From Candidatus Parcubacteria bacterium (GTDB lineage Bacteria; Patescibacteriota; Patescibacteriia; UBA1558; GWA2-36-10): 51,644 nucleotides of DNA. The position numbers and the translations under genes were made by a program. How positions within the stretch are numbered: the stretch's first letter is position 1; every line of letters starts with the position of its first letter. This document shows positions 43,195 to 49,384 of the stretch, in pieces. The stretch spans positions 1 to 51,644 of the forward strand of contig JABJNO010000023.1 in NCBI GenBank assembly GCA_018664825.1, given 5' to 3'. The notes under the pieces were generated by a model that ran no database searches, had not been told where the DNA came from, and saw only the letters and a list, made by a program, of their open reading frames with translations.

Positions 43195-43668
43195 CTAATC
43201 TCGACTTGAGATCATGTGACGAAGTCCATGGAAACTAGACCAGATGATCCAGCCAACCAAACAGGCTATGGCGACAAACATTATTGTGCCATCCACATAA
43301 ACACCTATTTTCAGAAGGTGAGCAAAGATAACGCTGATATTAGCAAAATACAGTAGCCAAGCTAGGATTCCACAGAAAACTAGTGAAGCTAGTATTTTGA
43401 GTTGACCAGCGCCACTGAGGCTATCATTGGAAATTGGCGGAGAGGTGCGAATCACCCAGATGGCACAGAGGCTAATCAACAGGGTCCATAGGACAGGATC
43501 GACAAACGAGTGTTTGATATCAAAGGCGTGTTCGCCTCCATTCATGGTTAATTCGACATCAATCCAGCTTGAATCTGTCATAGGGGTGGGAATCAAAAAG
43601 ATACAGCGACTAATAGCTAGTGTGATTACAGTCACAAAAAGCAGGATTTTTAGTTGTTTTCTGGACAT
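43195..43668 (-). CDS. Hypothetical membrane protein (about 4 TM)
   Basis: SD GGAGG, promoter TTGACA-17-TAGTTT, terminator AAGCCCCGATT/AATCGGGGCTT at about 43156-43181. Confidence 0.7.
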   Translation of the reverse strand: MSRKQLKILLFVTVITLAISRCIFLIPTPMTDSSWIDVELTMNGGEHAFDIKHSFVDPVLWTLLISLCAIWVIRTSPPISNDSLSGAGQLKILASLVFCGILAWLLYFANISVIFAHLLKIGVYVDGTIMFVAIACLVGWIIWSSFHGLRHMISSRD

Positions 43669-43803
43669 TTTTATCCTCCGTGGTTTGAAAATTCAAGGAA
43701 CGCTTATTGACTATTTAATTAATAGTTCAAACTACTATAATGATTGTTTTTTGTCAAAGCTCTCATCATTGAATTTGTTTAAAAACTCTGATAAAATAAG
43801 TCC

Positions 43804-44373
43804 ATGATAGCATATATAAAAGGAAAGATTATAAATAAAACAAACAGGTCTATAGTTGTTTTGACGGGTGGAATTGGTTATGAAGTATTTTTACCTCTAA
43901 AACAGCTGGAAACCATCAAGATTAATGATGAAAAAGAGCTTTTTATCTATTCACACATAAAAGAAGACATGTTTGATTTGTATGGTTTTTCAAAAGAAGA
44001 AGAAATGGATTTTTTTAAAAAAGTAATTTCAGTTTCTGGTGTTGGTCCAAAATCAGCTCTCAACATCCTGGGTCTGACTAGTGTAGAGGATCTCAAAAGA
44101 GCTATTGCTAGTGAGGATCCTAGTCTACTCCAAAAGGTTTCGGGTATTGGCAAAAAAACAGCCGAGAGACTCGTGGTGGAACTCAAAGAAAAGTTTATAG
44201 TTGATTTGTCTGAAAAGATTGTGGTCAGCAACAAAGATAAACAAGTTGTAGATGGTCTTGTGTCCTTGGGCTACAAAGAAAGTGAAGCCAAGGAGGCGGT
44301 CAATAGTTTATCAAAAGAAGAGATGGATTTGGCCACCCGCATCAAACAAGCTTTGCAGGTATTGAATAAATAA
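43804..44373 (+). CDS. ruvA: Holliday junction branch migration protein RuvA
   Basis: MIAYIKG, GGIGYEV, DLYGF, VSGVGPKSAL, VSGIGKKTAERLVVELK, LVSLGY. Confidence 0.97.
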   Translation: MIAYIKGKIINKTNRSIVVLTGGIGYEVFLPLKQLETIKINDEKELFIYSHIKEDMFDLYGFSKEEEMDFFKKVISVSGVGPKSALNILGLTSVEDLKRAIASEDPSLLQKVSGIGKKTAERLVVELKEKFIVDLSEKIVVSNKDKQVVDGLVSLGYKESEAKEAVNSLSKEEMDLATRIKQALQVLNK

Positions 44374-45381
44374 ATGGAATTAGTAAACAAAAAAAACAAT
44401 TACGATGAGTTTTTAAAAACCAGGTTCATTTCTGGTAATTTTTTACAATCTAGTATTTGGCAAGATTTTTTGGATAAACAAAAAAAAGTTTTTTGGCAGG
44501 TCGCTGTAATAGAAAACAATCAAACAATAGCCAGTTGTTTGCTTTATGAAAATAAATTGATGATGGGACGCAGCTATCTCTATGCGCCAAAGGGGCCGAT
44601 AATCTCCAATGAGCTTTCTGATCAAAAAATAAAACAAGCTCTGGGATTGATATTGTCTCGGGCTAGGGATATTGCTATTTCGACAACCAAAAAAGAAGAA
44701 ATATTTTTTAAAGTAGAATTGGAAAAAGAAAACTTACCAGAACTGACAAAATGTCCCGATGTTCAACCACGTGACACCTGGGTACTTGATATCGACAAAG
44801 ATCCAAAAGAACTTTTGGGCGACATGCATCAAAAGACTCGTTACAATATAGCATTGGCTAGGCGGCATGGAGTGACTACACGATTTAGTAAAGACGAAAA
44901 AGACATAAAAGATTTTCTGCGCCTGATAAAAAAAACATATTCTCGTAATCAAATCACTGCTCACTCAGATGATTATTACAAAACTCTTTTTAAGGTTTTA
45001 TTGAGGCATGGTGCGGGACAACTTTGTTTGGCAGAAGTAAATAAAAAAGTAATTGCTGCCAATATGATTATCAGATTTGGTCCAGCTGTCACTTATCTGC
45101 ACGGGGCATCTGATTATAAGTTCCGTAAGCATATGGCTCCGCAACTTTTACAATGGGAAACAATAAAACAATCAATAGAGCTTGGCTATAAGGTTTATGA
45201 TTTTTGGGGCATTGCTCCCGAGGATGACAGTAAGCCAAATTGGGCGGGCATCACTAGATTCAAAAAAAGTTTTGGTGGCAGAGCTGTCACAAGCCCAGGG
45301 TCACACAACTTGATATATGATAAAAACTGGTATAAGGTTTATCAACTGATTGGACGCTTAAGAAAGGTTATTAAAAGATGA
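44374..45381 (+). CDS. FemABX-family peptidoglycan aminoacyltransferase
   Basis: NFLQS..W, YAPKGP, KTRYNIALA, YLHGAS, YDFWG, GITRFKKSFGG. Confidence 0.9.
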   Translation: MELVNKKNNYDEFLKTRFISGNFLQSSIWQDFLDKQKKVFWQVAVIENNQTIASCLLYENKLMMGRSYLYAPKGPIISNELSDQKIKQALGLILSRARDIAISTTKKEEIFFKVELEKENLPELTKCPDVQPRDTWVLDIDKDPKELLGDMHQKTRYNIALARRHGVTTRFSKDEKDIKDFLRLIKKTYSRNQITAHSDDYYKTLFKVLLRHGAGQLCLAEVNKKVIAANMIIRFGPAVTYLHGASDYKFRKHMAPQLLQWETIKQSIELGYKVYDFWGIAPEDDSKPNWAGITRFKKSFGGRAVTSPGSHNLIYDKNWYKVYQLIGRLRKVIKR

Positions 45382-46103
45382 TAAAAAAGGTACTGATTTC
45401 AGCAGCTGGTCGTGGTACCAGGATGTTAGATTTATCCAAAGACAAGCCAAAACACCTTATAGAAGTAAACAAAAAACCCTTTCTTTATTATCTTTTGGAT
45501 AATTTGAAAAAAGCTGGCTTTGAAGAAATAATAATGGTAGTTGGCTACAAAAAAGAATTTATGGAAAGTTTTTTGGCTGAATACAAAGATGATTTTCATA
45601 TTACTCTGGTCAACCAATTTGATGTTTTGGGAGAAGATAGATATGGTACAGCTTGTCCGCTTGAGTGCACAAAAGACTTATTGCAAGGACAAAGTTTTTT
45701 AGCAGTTTATGGTGACAACTTATATTCAGTTGAAGACTTAAAAAGATTAAATATAGACGATGGTTATTCTTATATAGCCGGCTTGGCTCATGAGACTCCA
45801 GAAAAATATGGAGTACTACAAGTAGAGGGTGGACTCTTGAAAAAGATTGTTGAAAAACCAGCTAAGCCAATTGGCAATTTGATAAACACCGGACTTTATA
45901 AATTTAGCCCAGAGGTTTTTGATCATTTGGATAAAATAGATTTGTCTCCTCGTGGTGAATATGAGCTGACAGATGTGATAAACATTTTGGCAAAAAAAGA
46001 CAAGGTCAAAGCGATAGACCTCAGGGGTGTTTGGCTAGACTTTGGCAAGCCGGGAGATATAAAAAAAGTAGAACAATATTTAGATGCTGAAAAAAATAAT
46101 TAA
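45378..46103 (+). CDS. Sugar-phosphate nucleotidyltransferase family protein
   Basis: ISAAGRGTRM..PKHL, YGTA, YGDN, EKP, INTGLY, RGEYELTD. Confidence 0.88.
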   Translation: MIKKVLISAAGRGTRMLDLSKDKPKHLIEVNKKPFLYYLLDNLKKAGFEEIIMVVGYKKEFMESFLAEYKDDFHITLVNQFDVLGEDRYGTACPLECTKDLLQGQSFLAVYGDNLYSVEDLKRLNIDDGYSYIAGLAHETPEKYGVLQVEGGLLKKIVEKPAKPIGNLINTGLYKFSPEVFDHLDKIDLSPRGEYELTDVINILAKKDKVKAIDLRGVWLDFGKPGDIKKVEQYLDAEKNN

Positions 46104-47364
46104 AAAAGTAGTTCCCAAAAAGTTATTATTGACTTACCATTTTCTTTTGGCAAAATTGGCGTCTTTGTTTTATGGAAATCCTAGCAACAAGTTGATCATA
46201 ATAGGAGTGACGGGTACAAACGGAAAAACCACGACTGTAAATTTTATTTCTCAATATTTAGAATGTCTTGGTCAAAAAACAGGATTAGCTTCTACTGTAA
46301 ATTTTAAAGTCGATAAAAAAGAATGGCTCAATGATAAAAAGATGACCATGCTTGGTCGTTTTCAAACACAAAGACTTTTGAAAGACATGGTGGAGGCGGG
46401 TTGCAAGTATGCGGTGATAGAAACATCATCCCAAGGGGTGGAGCAATTTCGTCACGCAGGTATAAATTATGACTTGGTTGTTTTTTGCAACCTGACGCCT
46501 GAGCATATTGAGGCGCATGGTGGTTTTATAAATTATCGTAAACAAAAAGAAAAACTCTTTGAACATTTATCAAAAAGTAAAGTTAAAGATTTTTTTGGTA
46601 AAAAAATTATTGTAACCAACAACGATGATGAAGAGAGTGATCGCTTGAAAAAATTCAAAGTAGATAAGTTTAAAACTTATGGTTTTGAAAAAACATCTGA
46701 CTACCAAGGTAGTAATATTGTATTAGATGATGGCTTGGTTTCTTTTGAAATAAAAAATCAAAAAATCAAAACAAATTTGATTGGTAGATTTAATGCCTAC
46801 AATGTATTAGCCTCTTTGTCAGCGGTAGCTGAGTTGGGCTTTGAATTTTCCAAAATGATTGATTGTAAAATAAATGGTGTACCTGGTAGGCAAGAATTGA
46901 TAGAACAGGGGCAGGATTTTAAAATAATGATAGATTATGCACCTGAGCCAGAAAGTCTCAAGCAACTTTATCAAGCCCTAAAAAGTATACCAAAAAATAG
47001 ATTGATACATGTTTTGGGTTCTTGTGGTGGTGGACGCGACAAGGCTCGCCAACCTGTTTTGGGTAAAATGGCTGGAAAACGAGCTGATATTGTAGTTATT
47101 ACCAATGAAGATCCTTATGACGATGATCCTGTGGAGATAATAGATAATGTGGCTAGTGGTGCAATTGAAGCTGGAAAAGAAGTAGATAAAGACCTATTTA
47201 AAGAAGAAGATAGGGTAAAAGGTATTGAAAAGGCACTAAAATTGGCCAAAAAGGGTGATTTGGTATTAATAACAGGTAAAGGAGCAGAACAATATATATG
47301 TAGCAAAAATAATACTAAAATACCCCACGATGATCGTACAATAGTAAAAAATTTGCTAAAATAA
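46084..47364 (+). CDS. murE: UDP-N-acetylmuramyl-tripeptide synthetase (MurE-like)
   Basis: GVTGTNGKTT, ETSSQG, NLTPEH, GRFNAYN, VPGRQE, GGGRD, VVITNEDP, GKGAE. Confidence 0.88.
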   Translation: MLKKIIKKVVPKKLLLTYHFLLAKLASLFYGNPSNKLIIIGVTGTNGKTTTVNFISQYLECLGQKTGLASTVNFKVDKKEWLNDKKMTMLGRFQTQRLLKDMVEAGCKYAVIETSSQGVEQFRHAGINYDLVVFCNLTPEHIEAHGGFINYRKQKEKLFEHLSKSKVKDFFGKKIIVTNNDDEESDRLKKFKVDKFKTYGFEKTSDYQGSNIVLDDGLVSFEIKNQKIKTNLIGRFNAYNVLASLSAVAELGFEFSKMIDCKINGVPGRQELIEQGQDFKIMIDYAPEPESLKQLYQALKSIPKNRLIHVLGSCGGGRDKARQPVLGKMAGKRADIVVITNEDPYDDDPVEIIDNVASGAIEAGKEVDKDLFKEEDRVKGIEKALKLAKKGDLVLITGKGAEQYICSKNNTKIPHDDRTIVKNLLK

Positions 47365-47485
47365 GCCAAAAAATAATGATTCTAATAAAAATAGGCCTTG
47401 ACAAAAGGCCTGTTTTTTGATATATATACATAATTCGCATTTCGCGTATTGTTCACTAAAATCAAATAAAAAAGGAGGTCTAAGG

Positions 47486-48211
47486 ATGCAAACCTGGATT
47501 GTTTTGTCCGCGGTTTTCGGAGCTTTATTGGCGAGTTTTGCCAATGTATTGATCTATCGTCTACCCAACAACATAAACCTAGTGATTCCTGCCACCTCTT
47601 TTTGTCCTAGCTGTAAAACCAAAATCAACTGGTACGATAAGGTACCTATTTTTAGCTGGTTGTTTCTCAAGGGAAATTGTCGTCATTGCGGACAAGAAAT
47701 CAGCATGCGCTACATAATTGTAGAAATGTTGGGAGCTTTGTTTGCTGTGTTGGCCTGTTTCCATTTTGGCTTTAACATGACAGCTCTAACTGCTTTATTG
47801 CTCTTTATCAATCTAATGGCAATCGCTATTATTGATTGGCAACATCAGATTATTCCACATACCCTGACTATTTCAGGTATGGTTATTGGACTGGCTTTGG
47901 CGCCGTACAACAACAGAGGAATTGAAGATGCTATTATTGGAGCAATTATGGGTGCTTGTATTATCTTGTTGCTTTCTTATGGCTACAAGGCTTTTACTAG
48001 CCGACATGGCATGGGAGGAGGAGATATATTGCTCCTAGCAATGATTGGGACCTATTTTGGTCCAGTAGGAGCGGCTATAATTTTGTTTGTAGCAGCTATA
48101 TTAGTAATCCTCTTTGTCACCCTGGTGCGTCGTTGGCGCATAGAGCGCACTGACAAGCTTTCGCTTGGTAGTTTTCTTTCGGTGGCAACAATTTTGATGT
48201 TATTGTCATAA
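47486..48211 (+). CDS. Prepilin peptidase (A24, PilD-like; start corrected to 47486)
   Basis: S.CP.C...I.WYD.VPI.SW..L.G.CR.C zinc domain, IIDW, MGGGDI; SD AAGGAGG. Confidence 0.93.
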   Translation: MQTWIVLSAVFGALLASFANVLIYRLPNNINLVIPATSFCPSCKTKINWYDKVPIFSWLFLKGNCRHCGQEISMRYIIVEMLGALFAVLACFHFGFNMTALTALLLFINLMAIAIIDWQHQIIPHTLTISGMVIGLALAPYNNRGIEDAIIGAIMGACIILLLSYGYKAFTSRHGMGGGDILLLAMIGTYFGPVGAAIILFVAAILVILFVTLVRRWRIERTDKLSLGSFLSVATILMLLS

Positions 48212-48252
48212 GGGTAATAACTACGCTTTTCTTTTGGAGAAAGGAACGTATC

Positions 48253-48411
48253 ATGGCAGAAGAAAAACCCCAAAGAAGATTTGGTTGGATAGATGTTTTG
48301 CTGATATTGGTGATCATTGCAATCCTCTTGTCTGTTTCGATTGTTAAATTTGAAAGAAACCCAAGTGGGGTTGATTCTACCGCTGTTTCCACAGAAGCAG
48401 TCAAGCAGTAG
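48253..48411 (+). CDS. Mini pilin-like protein with degenerate class III signal (52 aa, not in ORF track)
   Basis: MAEEKPQRRFGWIDVLLILVIIAILLSVSIVKFERNPSGVDSTAVSTEAVKQ; aligns with the N-terminal helix of the adjacent pilin; SD-like AAGGA. Confidence 0.6.
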   Translation: MAEEKPQRRFGWIDVLLILVIIAILLSVSIVKFERNPSGVDSTAVSTEAVKQ

Positions 48412-48511
48412 ATTTCTTTAATTAGAAATCTAGAAAGGAGAAGATCTGCTCAGCCTCAATGTAACAAGATGTGGCACATTTAAAAGAAACCGTTCTTGAA
48501 GGAGAAAAGTA

Positions 48512-48928
48512 ATGTTAAACAGAAAAGGGTTTACCCTTATCGAGTTGATGATTGTGGTTGTGATCATTGGGATCTTGGCCGCAATTGCCATTCCTAATTT
48601 TATGTCAATGCAAGAGCGTGCTAAGGATGCAAGAATCCTTGGTATTGCCGAGACTATCAAGGTTGTGGCCGAGAAGGACTTCAAGGCATCTGAAGATGGG
48701 AATTATCCCGATTCTATTTTGATGCCCGATGGCAATATACCTGAAAATCTTTATGACCACGGAGATGTGTGTGTTGTTTTTAGTGAACCACCAAGTTTAC
48801 ATGAAATGAACAACCCTCTCCGCAAGGGCCGTGTCTACTATTACAAGCCCGATGGCAAAAATTATCGAATTTTAGCCTACGGGAAATTAGGCCAAGAGCT
48901 CAAGGAACTTGTACCCGAAAAAAGCTAG
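48512..48928 (+). CDS. Type IV pilin
   Basis: RKG-FTLIELMIVVVIIGILAAIAIP class III signal peptide; SD AAGGAG. Confidence 0.95.
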   Translation: MLNRKGFTLIELMIVVVIIGILAAIAIPNFMSMQERAKDARILGIAETIKVVAEKDFKASEDGNYPDSILMPDGNIPENLYDHGDVCVVFSEPPSLHEMNNPLRKGRVYYYKPDGKNYRILAYGKLGQELKELVPEKS

Positions 48929-48936
48929 GACCACCT

Positions 48937-48988
48937 TCAGGGGCGATCGAGCGCATACAAATGCGCTCTCGCCCTTATTTTTTTTATG
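48937..48988 (+). terminator. Terminator of the pilin cassette
   Basis: GGGCGA-tc-GAGCGCAT/ATGCGCTC-TCGCCC bulged stem followed by a T-tract. Confidence 0.85.
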
Positions 48989-49194
48989 TAAAATTAGAAA
49001 AAACATAGTAAAAAGCCTATTTTTGTGGATAACTTGTTGGTAAACCCCCTAAAATGTGTATAGTTTTGCCTTATTTAAAGGCTAAAGTCATGAAATTTGA
49101 CAAAAAATCTATAATATATATAGGTGTTTTGTATCTAATGTTAGCAAAAAAACCTTTAAAAAAACCAAAAATTTTCAAAATTTGAGCCAAATCC

Positions 49195-49310
49195 TTGACA
49201 AGGAGGGCGAAAACTGATAATATTGTGCTATGAATTTTCAGCTCCATCGCCCACTTTAAATTGAAAATCAACTGTAAAACTGACCCAAGAGTTGGGTGAG
49301 TTCTTTTTTT
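49195..49310 (+). promoter_or_regulatory. rpoB promoter with leaderless uORF and terminator-like hairpin
   Basis: TTGACA(49195)-17-TAATAT; ATG at 49230 (MNFQLHRPL, stop 49259); hairpin 49278-49302 plus T7. Confidence 0.6.
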
Positions 49311-49384
49311 GCGCCGTTAAAATTTAGATTATATATTTGACCTCTTCAATGAGGATGATTGTTAATAATTAGCATAAAGCCACT

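Noticed and set aside
48430-48684. 84-aa minus ORF over the pilin
   Set aside because: Antisense shadow of the type IV pilin N-terminus.
1114-48988. Cassette-flanking hairpins as integron attC sites or a MITE/REP family
   Set aside because: Stems differ in sequence, lack RYYYAAC/GTTRRRY cores, carry terminator-type A/T tracts, and no integrase or transposase is in the window.
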